Assembly: GCA_963749495.1 (NCBI GenBank)
Contig: CAVVMW010000004.1
Coordinates: forward strand, 576,001 to 640,000
DNA length: 64,000 nucleotides
Reading direction: 5' to 3'
Origin: an uncultured bacterium
Lineage (GTDB): Bacteria > Verrucomicrobiota > Verrucomicrobiia > Limisphaerales > UBA8199
A model generated the notes under the pieces. It did not search any database. It saw nothing but the letters and a program-made list of their open reading frames with translations, and was not told where the DNA came from. Numbering within the stretch: position 1 is the first letter of the stretch; every line of letters begins with the position of its first letter. Shown here piece by piece: positions 38,083 to 50,384 of the stretch. A program made the translations under genes and the position numbers.

Positions 38083-39169
38083 CACGATGAATGGTGCTGC
38101 CCGTGCCCGCACCCTTGTTGGGACGCCGGTGAACAGCCGTCATGGCTGCCTCGGTTTCCTGGTCGGCCATGCCGCGCGTGAGCAGAGCCGGCGCGGTCTT
38201 TCAAATTGTTGTTTTCAGCAGGCATGCTGAGCGATCTGCAGTTTGCCACCAAAGTCTCTTGCCGGTGAGGACATAATCTGCGTGCCAACGCCATCTGTCG
38301 AGGACGTTTTTGTTGCCGGCCGGCAGGACTCAGCCGCAAAAACCAGCCGTGTCCGCTCATGACAAATTCTCTCCACCTCCCTCTAATGGCCCGAGGAAAG
38401 CAAGAAGGCGGCGATTCTGACTTGCCGCCCGGTTCAGCAGCCCGGCGGAAAAGCCCATCAGATCGAAAGACCGCAACTGTGGTGGCGAACTCGATAGGCG
38501 TTCGTGGTGCTTCTCGCCCTCTCATCTTCCCGCTAAGTATTTCCCCCCCGCCCTGCGCAGAATCCGATACATCCGACGTTCATGGCCGTAGAGGCTTCTC
38601 CGACCGGCCCGGTCAACATACTCATCCAGGGCAGCACGTCCCTCCGGCGTAGCCTTGGGAACTTCGTCCAGATGGAGCAACAAGTGGCGTGCGGTCAACT
38701 CCCGCTGGCGAGCGCCTCGAACCCGTTCGAGGAGATCCTCCCGGCGGCGTTTTTTCACTTCGCGGCGTAAGTCGTTCACGTTTTGTTGGCCCGAACTTGG
38801 AGCCTGATTCTTTGGTGTCAAGCGTTCCGAAATTAAACGATGTGGATCAAATTCGCGGACCCACGGCAATTGTGCATCAGGGCCGTCTGCAAGCAAGCCC
38901 GGCTCCTCCCAGAGGACCTGCTGGGAGTTGTGGGGGAGTTTCAGGATGACGCTATGACCCAGGGCTTGCCGAGCACTTAACCGGTTTGGCCTGCGGCGGA
39001 ATTGTTCACGGCCGACCTGCACTGTCGCCGACATGATTCAGCCCAGACAAGGTGCCGCTCATCGTTGATGGAACATCAGGCTCGTGGTAACGTGTTCCCC
39101 CCGTGCAAAGGGACCGTCCGACTGATTCAGGTGCTGTGCCCGTTCCGCTGGCTCGGCGGAAGGGCGCGT

Positions 39170-39748
39170 ATGGGATCGAACGCGCCGTATCTCTTGCCCA
39201 TCCCGGTCGCGGTGATTCTGGCTAATCTCGTAAGCGGATTCATCTCAAAGACCCTGTGGGCGTTCCTGGTGGCGGTCCTCGTGATGGGCTGCGCCGCCTT
39301 TGGCCTTTACGCCTCGCGTCGGGGGAAGTTCGTTGTATGGGCGGAGTTGTTCCGCCAAGTCAACCTGCGGGGAGACGAGCGTATTCTGGATTTGGGATGT
39401 GGCCGTGGGGCGGTGCTGCTGCTGGCGGCGCAGCACTTGACTACAGGCCGGGCAGTCGGCGTGGATCTCTGGAGGAAGGAGGACCAGTCGGGCAACGCTG
39501 CCGAGGCTACGCTCCGCAATGCCATCGCCGAGGGAGTCGCAGACCGTGTGGAGGTTCACACTGCCGACATGACTGCGCTGCCCTTCGCCAACGGCAGCTT
39601 CAACCTGGTCGTCTCGAACGTCGCCGTCCACAACGTCAAAGGTCAACCTGGCAGGGAGAAGGTCATCGAGGAAGCCGTTCGGGTGTTGCGTCCGGGAGGG
39701 CGGCTCATGATCGCCGACATCCTGGGCACCGGCCAATACCCGACCTGA
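39170..39748 (+). pseudogene. Class I SAM-dependent methyltransferase, truncated by IS1634
   Basis: ILDLGCGRG, ADMTALPF, RVLRPGGRL. Confidence 0.75.
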
Positions 39749-39750
39749 AT

Positions 39751-41420
39751 TCCACGCCAAAAGTATACACTACATTAGTCATCTTGCTTTAGAAGTCTGG
39801 GGTTGATGGCCTTGAGAATGGCCTCCTGGCGTCTGCTGAGTGTGACCACGCGCGAGAGCTTGAACAGATGCTTTGAATCGCGCAGGTAGAACTTTGTACA
39901 TGGTCGCCAGCTCCAGCAAAGCACTTTCGGCAGTGAAATCCGTGGTGCGCAGGCGGTATTGGAGTAAAGACAACAGCAAGTAGGCGAGATAGCAGACAAA
40001 AACGTGAGCGTGGACTCGCTCGGCCAGCCAGTGGCGAATCGGACGTAACTGAGTGATGCCTTTGAGACTGCGGAACGCCTTTTCAACAATGTCTTTGTCG
40101 AAATAGAGCGAGAGCATTTTGTCTTGGGGCAATGAGCGAGTGCAAAAGATGCAGGAGTACCCATCGAACTCCTCGACCGCAGCCAGTTTGCCTGAGAGCA
40201 GACGGCCTCGGCCATCAAAAAGGCGATCCAGTCCGGGCTTGATAGACTTGTTTTGGGCGAGAAGCTTTTGGGCGTACAGAATCTCATCGCGGCGCGACTC
40301 ACGCGCATCTCGCTGCAAGCGTTCGTTAAAGCAAAGGGCCAACTGGCCGCGCACCCCGTCCAGTTGATAGGGGCGAAGGCAGGTATAGAAGACGGTCTGA
40401 CCGACCCGGTGGCGATAAGGCAATTGCATGAGTTGCTGGGGATTGGCCCACGGGCGCCAGAACTTCTTCAACGCGAGATTGAGGGGCACCGCGCACAGGG
40501 TATCCCAGTGCAAACGCTTGATATCGTTGAGGTTTCGACCGGAAACGATCCCTCGGTCGTAGATGAACAGCCCGGGGTCAAGCTGGTAACGAGCGAACAG
40601 GGTGACCAAGTCCTGCAAGGTGCGAGCGTCATGCACATTGCCGTCAAAAACCCGGTGGAAGAGGGGCAAACCTTCTTCCTGCGTCACCCCTAAACCAATT
40701 TGAATCAGGGGCCGGCCTTTGACCTCTTCCTTGTCCTTGCCGGGCTTGGCCAGGGGACAGTGGCGGCCATAGAGATAGGTGTTGGTGACATCATAGATCA
40801 CCCCGGCGGGCCGCAGCCGGTACTGGCGGCAAACGCCCTCAAAGGGGCGCTTCTGCCAGGCTTGGGCGTCCAAAGCTTCCAAACTGTCCAAGGCACCGAC
40901 CAAGCGCCGCTCGGTCAACCCCTCGAGGTTCAAGAGGAAGTTCAGGTCAGTACGCTCGAACCAAGTGGGCATGTGGTTAAGGCTCCGGTAGTCCAGGCAG
41001 TGGGCGTACACCAGGCTGAGGATTTCCCGGCCATAGGCTCCCAAGAGGTCGGGCAATTGGATTTCGGTGGCCAACTGGTGCAGCACCAAGAGTGGACCGT
41101 AAAGTTTGACCTGTTCGACCTCGACGTCCGACATGGAGGCAGAGAGGACGGTGCGACCATCGCTTTGCTTGCCGACATAGCGGATGAAACGCTGCACGAC
41201 CTTGTTTCCGACCCGGCAGCTTTCCACCTCGGCGAGGTAGGTTTTGTCGCCCTTTTTGATCTTGCGTATAAAGCTCATGTAGTGAATAATATAACCACTA
41301 CGGATGAGTAGCGCAAGCATTTTCTGAAAAAAAGAAAAACGCTTGGGAACCCTGTAAAATCAGCGTAAATTGAGGGTGGAGAGTCCCTCAACAATTTGTA
41401 GTGTATATTTTACGCGTGGA
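39751..41420 (-). mobile_element. IS1634 family element; transposase 41278-39775 with frameshift near 39890
   Basis: MSFIRKIKKG..YLAEVES, YDVTNTY, IYDRG, VEKAFRSLK..LRPIRH; IRs TCCACGC..TATACACTACA; no TSD seen. Confidence 0.88.
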
Positions 41421-41871
41421 GGTCAGGGTTTGAGATGTTCCCCGACGGGCCGAGTATATCCCAGGTAATGGTGGCTTTGGAGTAGCCGGTCAAAAAGTCC
41501 CTCCTCAGCCGTGCGGCGCACTTGCCGGATTTCCAAGGGCCCAACTGGCCCAGAGAACATTCCAGCGGCGCGGGCTCCAGCGGCAATTCCAGTTCGGGCG
41601 AGACCGGCCGCCAATGAGCCGTCGCATTGTTGGGCGGCGACATCCGCTTGGCCGGCAGTTGCAGGTGGCCCGCCCGGTGTAGCTCCAGCATCAGGCTCCG
41701 GGCGACCATGTCGCGCGGCTGGCCATTGGGCTGCACCCAGTTCCAGGCCTCGCATAGCTTGGCCGAGAGCCGCCGCCGGCTCAAACCCCGATGGGCGGCG
41801 ACTAACTGCCGGATCGATTCAATCTCGGCGGCACTGTAGTCGCGCCCGCGATAACGAAATGCGCTCTGCAC
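41421..41871 (-). pseudogene. DUF4338 (DruA-like) protein, truncated
   Basis: SRRRLSAKLCEAWNWVQPNG..DMVARSLML.LHR.G..LP; HHYLGY in the other frame. Confidence 0.7.
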
Positions 41872-41940
41872 GGGCGCCAGAATACGCGCTCAGGATCTGG
41901 AACGCAAGGGCGTTGTGCGATCTTTGTGCGGCCGGCGCAT

Positions 41941-42318
41941 TTAAGCCGTCGGCGCAATCGGACGCCACATCGGCGCCGCTTGGGCCTGGCTGGGATTGCC
42001 ATTCCACAGCAACAACTGCAGTTGATGCACATCCAGACCCAACGTCGCTTGCTGGCTGGGGCTGGGCCACCAATTAAAGCGCCCCTGCGAGAGTCGCTTC
42101 TGGCACAGCCAAAATCCCTGGCCGTCACACACCAGCAGTTTAAGGGCTTGGCGCCGTCGATTTGAAAAGACGAACCACCCGCCCGCTAAAGGATCGGCGG
42201 CGAGCCTTTGGCGGCAGACCGCCACCAGCCCATCGATGCCCTTGCGAAAGTCCACCGGCTCGACCGCCAGCAGCAAACGCATTTGCGGGGTCAGTTGGAT
42301 CACGGCCGCTGCCTCCAC
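41941..42318 (-). CDS. tnpB: IS66 accessory protein TnpB (Orf2)
   Basis: PVDFRKGIDGL, FVFSNRRR..KLL..DGQGFWLCQKRL..GRF.W. Confidence 0.9.
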   Translation of the reverse strand: MEAAAVIQLTPQMRLLLAVEPVDFRKGIDGLVAVCRQRLAADPLAGGWFVFSNRRRQALKLLVCDGQGFWLCQKRLSQGRFNWWPSPSQQATLGLDVHQLQLLLWNGNPSQAQAAPMWRPIAPTA

Positions 42319-42716
42319 AGCCCTTGGGCCAAGGCCAGCACGGTGGCAGCATCACCGCAAGCCAGGCGCACCGTCATTTTGGCGCCGCGGTGATCCTCCA
42401 GTTCAATGCTCCACGGCGCCCCGCCTGGCCACGGAGGCACCGCCACCTCCACGAACCCAGCAGATGGGTTGCCCGCCAGCACCGGTGCCCTCCCGGCCAG
42501 AGTGCGCTGCCGCAGCGCGGTGTAATTGAGACGGAGTGCTCGGGCCACCGGACTCACGCCGTGTGACTGGGCCAAGGGCACAATCAGCCGCCACAAGTTC
42601 TCAGGAATAGCTTCTCGGTGCCGTCGCCGCTGCCGCCAGGCCGCCAGGGCCGGTTGCACCCGTGCCAAGCCGACCGCCAAGGCGGGGTCGGACGACGCTG
42701 CTCTCGTCGCTGCCAT
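42300..42716 (-). CDS. IS66 TnpA-like HTH protein
   Basis: IPENLW..GVSPVARALRLNY; FVEV; upstream of tnpB. Confidence 0.75.
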   Translation of the reverse strand: MAATRAASSDPALAVGLARVQPALAAWRQRRRHREAIPENLWRLIVPLAQSHGVSPVARALRLNYTALRQRTLAGRAPVLAGNPSAGFVEVAVPPWPGGAPWSIELEDHRGAKMTVRLACGDAATVLALAQGLWRQRP

Positions 42717-42820
42717 AATCTGGCAGCAAGACTACCCTGCCCACCGCAACCGGGCACGCATCCTTGCCGAAGCATCACGCACTTTCCCGCCCTTGCCAAC
42801 AGGGGGCAGGAGCACAAAAC

Positions 42821-43718
42821 CTGGTCTGGCTCCGCGATATTCGTGACGAAGACAGACCCTGAATTTCCAGACACGCTAAGGACCGAGACCACACTCAACG
42901 GCCAGACCATCGAATGCCACAACCGAGGCGGTCTCTGCTTCGAGGAGGCGGACGGCTTCTCGGTTTGGGGTCGCAAGACAGCGGAAGACTTGTTCGAAGT
43001 GAGCTGGGCACTCCCCAGGAGTGCCGCCACGAAGACGACCGCTTGGCGTTGGGCAGAGGGGGCACGGAGGGCACTGTCGATCCTGTTTGCTCAGACCATC
43101 TGGACCGTTAAGACTTCAGTCGGGCGCGGTGCTATGGAGATCACCGAGTTGAGACGAAGAAAGGAGGTCCACACCCTGAGCCATTTTCACAAGCCCCTTA
43201 CGGACTTCGATCCCCCCGATCAATGGAAGTTCAACCGGACCGCCTTCATCCAGCTCACTCGGTTTTTCGCGGGCCACAACCCGCACGCTGAAATCTGTTG
43301 GTCCATTTTCCGACGCCTCGCGGAGGCTTCCCAACAAGAAACGTGGGAAGCACGAGAACTGCTCGCCGGGACCACTCTGGAAGCCGTGCTGCGCACCCTG
43401 GACAATCATCCTTTTGCGTCCGGCGATTACTCGTGGAAGATTAAGCAGAGTCTCGCATCATTCCGCCAGGCCCACCTCGATGCAGCCTGGGAACCAGCTT
43501 GCGAAAAAGCACTGGTTGTGCGAAACCGCCTACGTCACCGCAACGCGCATCCAGATTGGATCACCCACCCCGGAGGCTTATTCTCCAAACCGGAATGGCG
43601 TCAATCGCTCGAAGATCTCACTTTTCTCAGCCGCTTCTACGGTTACATGATCCTGGCGCTTGCCGGCTTCAAAGGGCTGCAACCCAGATTTCCTGTGTTG
43701 CGTTTCAAATCGCCCTAA
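42821..43718 (+). pseudogene. Hypothetical protein with C-terminal HEPN-like RxxxxH motif; N-terminus cut by IS66-like end
   Basis: TTLEAVL ... VRNRLRHRNAH. Confidence 0.45.
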
Positions 43719-44066
43719 CACCGAAATCCACTTTTCTCTTTCGCGGACGGGTTGGCGCGGCCTCGGTTATCCGGGCCGGGCTTGAGGTTCAACAGGAGGC
43801 CACTGACGATGAACAGCGGCAGATTTTGGGTTCCGAGCATGGCGTCTTTTCATGGGGCCAGTGGCAGGGCAAAGTCGGGGCTTTGCACATGGCTTGCGCG
43901 GCTCGGCGGCGGTAGCCCCACCCTCCAACGACGCCCCGGCAAGGGTCCCATCGCCTGCATCACCCTCGTCCACATGACGCATCCAATATTCATGAAAGGC
44001 ATGGATATCTGGTTGCGTGCGCCCTCAACGCCACCGGCCCTTTTTGCACGCCGCCGCCATTGTGCG

Positions 44067-46125
44067 TCAGACGTGCGGAACACCATAGATGCGCGCTCGG
44101 CGTTGGAATGCTTCGCGTGATCCTTCCAGAAGTGCGCACGCAGCCTCTCGCGTTTCCGGATCATCAATTGAGCCTCTCGACACGATAATCCCTTGTTCAT
44201 TCGACGCGCGCAAAACGACAATTTGCTCGGCATCGCCGAGCACCGCGATGTTTGCGTTGTGTGTAACGACAATGACCTGACGCCGCTCTTTGGCTCTGCG
44301 CAGGACTGGTATGACACTCTGGTAGATGAATTCGCCGTCGAGATTATCCTCCGGCTGGTCAATAATGAGCGGGTCGTTACTGTCAGCAGAGAGCATGACG
44401 GCGAGCAGAACGGATTGTTGTTGGCCGAGCGATAGCTGGCGGGATTCTCGCGTCCTCGGGTGCTTTTTCCCAGTTCCATTTGTTACGAGCTTGGTCACCG
44501 TGAGCCGGGGACGGTCAAACACCTCCGCCCGCTCAAGCCTGAAGCGAACCGGATCTGGCGAGAGTTTTTCGAAGACGCCTACCGCGTCCGCTTTATTGAA
44601 AATATTGACACCTTCATCTGTCGTCAGCGCCTGCAGGGGTGCGGTGTCTTTGCGTGCGATCGCATCGAGTAGTTTTGGAAGCGTGAGTGTTTCCGTCAGA
44701 GCGGCCGCGCGCGGCACCTGTAACGTGCGCCATCCCATTGCTTCAACGATGATCTCATTGGCCCCAGATGAGTATCCGTTTTCGTCGAACTTCAGGGTCA
44801 CGTTCATACCTGCAAGCGCAGCACGCAAGGCGCTACTGGCCTTGTGGCCGAAAGCGGCCCTCTTCATGGCAATGCGCGCACGTATCCCCCAGCGCTCTTT
44901 TAAAGCCTCTTTTCGCTCCTTCCAGAGACCCTCAAGATGGGGTTTCCACGATTTGAGATTTTTCACGTCCTGTTTAAACCTGGCCTCATCCGTAGCAAGT
45001 TTTTGTATGTAGGCCATGTCCACCCGGATGCCCTGTGCCTTGAGTTCGCGCTTCTTATCCTCGATCTGCTTAACAATGGTTTGTTCCTTAGTCTTCCAAG
45101 CCGAAAGCTGAGCATTGATGACGGCACAGAGCTTTGCCACATTGCCTTGCGCGGCGCTCTCCAAGGCCGCAATAGCATTTTCGAAGACGCCAGCTTGGGT
45201 AGAGATTACAGAGAATTCAGCGCTGCCGACAACGAGCGCCTTAGGGTCAGCAGCCGTCCTAAGGGTGCTAATGTTGTCCTTGATATCCTGCTGGGACGTG
45301 CCGCGTGATATTCCTTGGGCAGCCGTCGAAATCACCTGCCGAACCTGACGTTCCTCCTCGACCTTTCTTTGAAGTCCTATAATATCCTTCGCCTTGGCCT
45401 TCTCCAGGGCCTGAATTTGGGACTGCGCGAGAGCAAGAGAACGTTCAAATTGTGGAATGAGTTCGACCTTCCGGACAGCTTCCTCAATTTTCGACTGCAG
45501 GTCGAGAAGCTTTTGCCGCAACTCTCCATCGCGAGCCGCTTCCACTCGAACGTCGATGAAGCGATCAAGATAATCGAGAAGCGCTGAAGGATCCGTCTGA
45601 GCTCGCTGGCTGATCTGCTGCGTCTCACCCTGGCCGTAGCATTCCAGGGGAAAAGAAGCCGGACCTTCAAAAGGATCGTCGGCGCTTTCTACTTCGCCGC
45701 CGCGTGCGCGAGTGACATGGTGTATCTGACCAGCTTGGTCTTCAACGAGGAGATCCACCTGATCAGGCCACACATCTGAATCGATGACGATTGTTTGGCT
45801 CGGGTGCCCAGTCAGACAGCGGATCGCTTCGAAGGTTAAAGACCTGCCGGTGCCGCGACCGCCAATGATGCAGTTGAGATTCGGTCCGAAGTGGATACAT
45901 TGCCTATCCAAAAATCCGCCGGACATGCGTATGCCTTTGATGAATGGCACGGCAAGAGGGATTTCATCTTCGATGCGAACGCGCGCGCCGCTGTCGTCAA
46001 GGGCGATGCGCAGGCTTTCGAAGGTGAGGGCGTTCATCTTATATTTGGTGACTCTGCGGGCACCACTTGCATTGCGGCCGAGCGCCTGGAGAGTGTGCGC
46101 GTCCGAATTCAGCACACGGGCAATA
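44067..46125 (-). pseudogene. PHP-domain/ABC ATPase (TrlF/Ppl-like) lacking most of the PHP domain
   Basis: NSDAH remnant, GGRGTGRS, LSLGQ, IIDQPEDNLD, VTHNAN. Confidence 0.8.
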
Positions 46126-46134
46126 CACTGATGT

Positions 46135-46737
46135 GTGCCGAGAACGAGGCATCTATTTCTCAGGACGCTCGAAGAGGACCTGGTGGCCACTCCGTTGCGG
46201 ATTGGCGCTTACCACGATCTTCCGTTCGCCATCTTCCGTTACGATCCCGCGGAAGAGTTCGAGTTGCGAAAGCAACTCCGGCTTTTCGCGTTTGGCCTTG
46301 AGCAAAACCACGGAAAACAGGTTCGATTCATTTCCCTCGCCCGGTTGGTTTGGAATGTCGTTTCCGGACCCAAGGAGCTCGCCGAACTCCACAAAGTCGA
46401 GCAAAAACGCGGATTCGAAGCCGCTCAGAAGCACCTCCACAGCATCCTGTCCAGCCCGCACTTTCGCCCGATTGCCGATGAAGTCCTGGCCGCCATGAAC
46501 GGCCTGTCCCCCGCCAAAGACATGGTCTTCCTCGTGCGCGCCGGGGCCTTGGCGCCCGGCATTTTCCGCTCTTCGGCCCTCCTGAATGACCTGCACCGCC
46601 GGACCATGGTCCCCATTATCTTCTTCTACCCGGGCTCGGCCCAGCATGCCACCGATCTCAGTTTTTATGACCTGCCGGCGGACACCAGCCAGGGTGTTTA
46701 CAACTACCGGGTGAAAATTTACGGAGTCCAACCATGA
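46135..46737 (+). CDS. brxB: BREX BrxB / DUF1788 protein (5' end possibly missing)
   Basis: PFAIFRYDPAEEF, R.S.LL..L, PIIFFYPG, NYR; ATGA-coupled to brxC. Confidence 0.75.
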   Translation: MPRTRHLFLRTLEEDLVATPLRIGAYHDLPFAIFRYDPAEEFELRKQLRLFAFGLEQNHGKQVRFISLARLVWNVVSGPKELAELHKVEQKRGFEAAQKHLHSILSSPHFRPIADEVLAAMNGLSPAKDMVFLVRAGALAPGIFRSSALLNDLHRRTMVPIIFFYPGSAQHATDLSFYDLPADTSQGVYNYRVKIYGVQP

Positions 46738-49700
46738 AAAAGATTCGCGAGATCTTCTCAAAACCGATTGATCGCACCATCGAGGAGGTCATCAAGGTCG
46801 AGCAGGCCGACGAGAAGGCCGTCCTGGTTGAGCTGGAGGAATACATCCCGACGGACTATCTCCGCGAGCAATACACCCGAGTTTACGACGAAATCGCCTC
46901 TGGACCCGCCAATCCGCGCGAGGGCATCGGCATCTGGGTGTCCGGCTTTTTTGGCTCCGGCAAGTCCCTCTTCGCCAAGGTTCTCGGTTACACCGTTGCC
47001 GCGAGAAAGGTCGGCCCCAAGACAGCGGCCGAGATCTTCAAAGCCAAGCTCCAAGACCCGAGGCCCGCCGCGTTTCTCGACTCGATCACCACGCGCATCC
47101 CCTTTCGCGCGGTCATTTTTGATGTGAGCATGGACCGCGGCGTCCGCTTGGCCAACGAGCGCCTGACCGAGATCATTTATAAGGCTCTGCTGCGGGAGCT
47201 CGGCTACGCCGAGGACTTCGACCTTGCCGAGTTGGAGATCGCGCTCGAAGGTGACGGGAAGCTCGACGCCTTCCAGAGGAAATTCCAGCAGCTCCATGGG
47301 GAGCCGTGGGAAAAACGCCGCCTGTTGGGCCTGGCGCTCAACGAGGCCAGCGAGGTCCTTCATGAGCTCAGCCGAAAGACCTACCCTACCGCCGATTCAT
47401 ACGCGAACAGCGTCGGCCGTGGCCGCGCGGACATCGATCCCAACAAGCTGGCCAAACGCGCTTACGACCTCGTCGCCCGCCGTTGCCCGGGCCACGCCAT
47501 CGTGTTCATCATCAATGAGGTCGGCCAATACGTTTCCCGGAGCATCGATAAGATGCTCGACCTGATGGGCATCGTTCAGGCCCTCGGCGTCGAGAGCAAG
47601 AGCCGCGTCGAGCACAAGCAGGCCGTCTCGCCCTGCTGGATGGTCGTCACCTCCCAGGAAAAGCTCGACGAGGTGGTTAACGCGCTCGATTCCAAGAAAA
47701 TCGAACTCGCCCGCCTCCAGGACCGGTTCCGGCTCACGGTGGATTTGAAACAGTCGGACATCGCCGAAATCACCGCCAAGCGTGTCCTCGAAAAGAAAGC
47801 GGATGCTGCCGCTGTCTTGAGCAGGCTTTACGGTGAAAACGAAGGCCAGCTCAAGGAGTTCGCCGCCCTCGAGCGCACCAGCCGCGACACCAGCACTACC
47901 CCCGATACCTTCGTCAGGCTCTACCCTTACGTGCCTTACCAGATCGAGCTGTGCGTGGACATTGTCGCCAGCCTCCGTCTCCGCCGCGGCGCGCATCGCC
48001 ATGTCGGCGGCAGCAATCGCACGATCATCAAGCAGGCCCAGGAGTTGATGATCAACCCGCGCACCCGCTTGGCCGAAGCCGATATCGGCAACCTGGTCAC
48101 GCTCAACAAGGTCTATGAGTTGCTCTACCTGGGCAACCTGCTGCCCAGCGAGGTGAGCCGCGAGATTGACGAGGTCGCCAAGAACCTGCCCGGCCAGGAG
48201 ATGGCCCTCAAGGTCGCCAAAGCCGTTGCGCTGCTCGAACCGGTCAAGGACCTGCCGCGCACTCCTCACAACCTGGCCGTCGTCCTTTACCCGTCCGTCA
48301 CCTCCAACTCCATTCTGCCCGAGGTTGAGAAAGCCATCGCCGCGCTGGAAAAGGCCCAAGTCATTCGGAATTCGGAGGAGGGCTACAAGCTCCTGACCGT
48401 GCAGGAGAAGACCTGGGACACGCGGCGCAATGGCCTCGACCCCCGGGAGGCCGACCGCAACCGCATCAAGCGCGAAGTCCTAAAGGAGATCTTCTCCGAC
48501 CCCAAGCTCCGCGCCTATCGCTGGCAGGAGCTCCGCACGTTCAAGAATACGCTGGTGGTCGAAGGAGACACCGTCGAGGCCGACGGTGAAATCCCGCTCA
48601 ACCTTCTGCTGGCAGATTCACCGGAGTTGCGCGCCGAGCGGCTCGGAGAGGCTCGCGACGGTAGCAACAGCCACCGCGACGACATCTTCTGGGTCGTCAC
48701 CCAGACCGATGAAATCCATTCCCTCACCGCCGAGGTCTTTCGCTCGCGTGAAATGGTCGGCGAATACGAGCGCCTCGCCTCCCAGCAGCGCCTGACTCCC
48801 GAGGAATCGTCCTGCCTGGCCGAGGAGAAGAACCGCCGCGATGGTCATTACCGTAACCTCCGCAAGAAGATGCTCGAAGCCGTTCAGGCCGGGACCGGGT
48901 TCTTCCAGGGGGTTCAGCACGATGCAGCTACCCTCGGCAAGACCTTCGTCGATGTCTTTCACAAGCTGTTCGACCTCGTGGTTCCCCAGCTCTATCCGCG
49001 GCTCGAAATCGGTGTCCTGCCCCTCGACGGCGACGAACCGGAGAAACTCCTCACCTCCGCCAACCTGAACGGGCTGCCCCAGGTCTTCTATGGCGAGAAA
49101 CCCGAACGCAGCCTTGTGGTCAAGCAGAGCGGCAAATACGTCCCCAACCTCGGGGCCGACCTCTGCCGCGAAATCCTCGATCATCTCCGGAAAGAGCATG
49201 CATACGGCAACAAGGTCACCGGCAAGATGCTCGAGAACCACTTCAGCGGCATCGGCTACGGCTGGGAGCGCGACTCCATTCGCCTGGGCCTGGCGGTCCT
49301 TTTCCGCGGCGGGGCTGTGGAGGTCACCCACCAGGGCCGCAAATACCGCAACTACAGCGACCCCACATGCCGGCCGCCCTTCGTCAATAATCCCTCCTTC
49401 CGCGCGGCCTCGTTTGCGCCCCGGGAGACACTAGACCTCAAGATCCTCGCCAAAGCCGCCCAAGCTTATGAGGAAATCACGGGCAGGGACGTGAACATCG
49501 AAGAGGGCGACATAGCCAACGCCTTCCGCCAGGTTGCCGCCGCCGACCGCGAGAAACTGCTCCCCCTGGCCGCCCGCCTCAAGGCGCTCAAGGTGCCCGG
49601 CGCGGATGCGGTTTCTGCGCACCTCGAATGGATCGAGGGCATCCTCGAAATGGCCCCGGACGATTGCGTGAAGACACTCGCCGGCGAGGGTAAGTCCTAT

Positions 49701-50381
49701 CTCGAGGGCCGCAAGAGAGCAACCGCGCTGGAGGGGCTCGCCACCGAGGCGAACCTTCAGACGCTCGACACAGCCCGGCGCGTCTTGAGTGAGCAATGGC
49801 CTGTCCTTGCCGGCCACTCACCCGACCCGGAACTGGCACGAACCGCAGGGGTCCTCACGGAGGCGCTGGCCGCCGACAACGCGCTGGAGCAGTTGGAGAG
49901 AATCCGCCAGGCCGCCGAGACCCTGGCCGGCGAATACGCGGTGCTCTACCGCAGCACGTCTGAAAAGCGCGACAGGGTTTACGAGGCCGCCATCGAACAG
50001 GTGAAGGGGCTTCCCGAATGGGACGCCATCTGCAAGGACGCCGATGTTACGGAACTGGAACGTGAAGGCCTGCTTGCGCCGCTCAAGTCCCGTTTCAGCG
50101 GCAAACTCGATCTTCCGCCGGGCGCCACCGTCTGTCGAAATACCCGAGCGACGGTTTCTCAGATGGAGAGCGACATTGCCGCGGTCGAAGTGCTCACGCT
50201 CAACGCCATCCGCCGCCTCCAGCAGTTCCTCGAGCCGGAGGAGAGGGTGGAACGGTTCCGGGTCGCGCAGCACATCACTGGCAAAATCACCACGGAACAG
50301 GAGCTTGACGCCGCCCTTGCCGCCCTCCGCGAAAAGCTCGCGAAGCTCCTGGCCCAGGGCTGCAAGGTGATTCTGGAGTAA
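46734..50381 (+). CDS. brxC: BREX P-loop ATPase BrxC
   Basis: F.KPIDR.I..VIKV, WVSGFFGSGKS, INEVGQY, VTSQE, LQDRF, YPYVPYQ. Confidence 0.9.
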   Translation: MKKIREIFSKPIDRTIEEVIKVEQADEKAVLVELEEYIPTDYLREQYTRVYDEIASGPANPREGIGIWVSGFFGSGKSLFAKVLGYTVAARKVGPKTAAEIFKAKLQDPRPAAFLDSITTRIPFRAVIFDVSMDRGVRLANERLTEIIYKALLRELGYAEDFDLAELEIALEGDGKLDAFQRKFQQLHGEPWEKRRLLGLALNEASEVLHELSRKTYPTADSYANSVGRGRADIDPNKLAKRAYDLVARRCPGHAIVFIINEVGQYVSRSIDKMLDLMGIVQALGVESKSRVEHKQAVSPCWMVVTSQEKLDEVVNALDSKKIELARLQDRFRLTVDLKQSDIAEITAKRVLEKKADAAAVLSRLYGENEGQLKEFAALERTSRDTSTTPDTFVRLYPYVPYQIELCVDIVASLRLRRGAHRHVGGSNRTIIKQAQELMINPRTRLAEADIGNLVTLNKVYELLYLGNLLPSEVSREIDEVAKNLPGQEMALKVAKAVALLEPVKDLPRTPHNLAVVLYPSVTSNSILPEVEKAIAALEKAQVIRNSEEGYKLLTVQEKTWDTRRNGLDPREADRNRIKREVLKEIFSDPKLRAYRWQELRTFKNTLVVEGDTVEADGEIPLNLLLADSPELRAERLGEARDGSNSHRDDIFWVVTQTDEIHSLTAEVFRSREMVGEYERLASQQRLTPEESSCLAEEKNRRDGHYRNLRKKMLEAVQAGTGFFQGVQHDAATLGKTFVDVFHKLFDLVVPQLYPRLEIGVLPLDGDEPEKLLTSANLNGLPQVFYGEKPERSLVVKQSGKYVPNLGADLCREILDHLRKEHAYGNKVTGKMLENHFSGIGYGWERDSIRLGLAVLFRGGAVEVTHQGRKYRNYSDPTCRPPFVNNPSFRAASFAPRETLDLKILAKAAQAYEEITGRDVNIEEGDIANAFRQVAAADREKLLPLAARLKALKVPGADAVSAHLEWIEGILEMAPDDCVKTLAGEGKSYLEGRKRATALEGLATEANLQTLDTARRVLSEQWPVLAGHSPDPELARTAGVLTEALAADNALEQLERIRQAAETLAGEYAVLYRSTSEKRDRVYEAAIEQVKGLPEWDAICKDADVTELEREGLLAPLKSRFSGKLDLPPGATVCRNTRATVSQMESDIAAVEVLTLNAIRRLQQFLEPEERVERFRVAQHITGKITTEQELDAALAALREKLAKLLAQGCKVILE

Positions 50382-50384
50382 CCC

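Noticed and set aside
38200..39100. ORFs 38522-39034 and neighbours
   Set aside because: No recognisable motifs or clear starts; cannot support a call
41421..41871. Druantia defence system
   Set aside because: Only a truncated DUF4338 gene in IS context; no druE helicase
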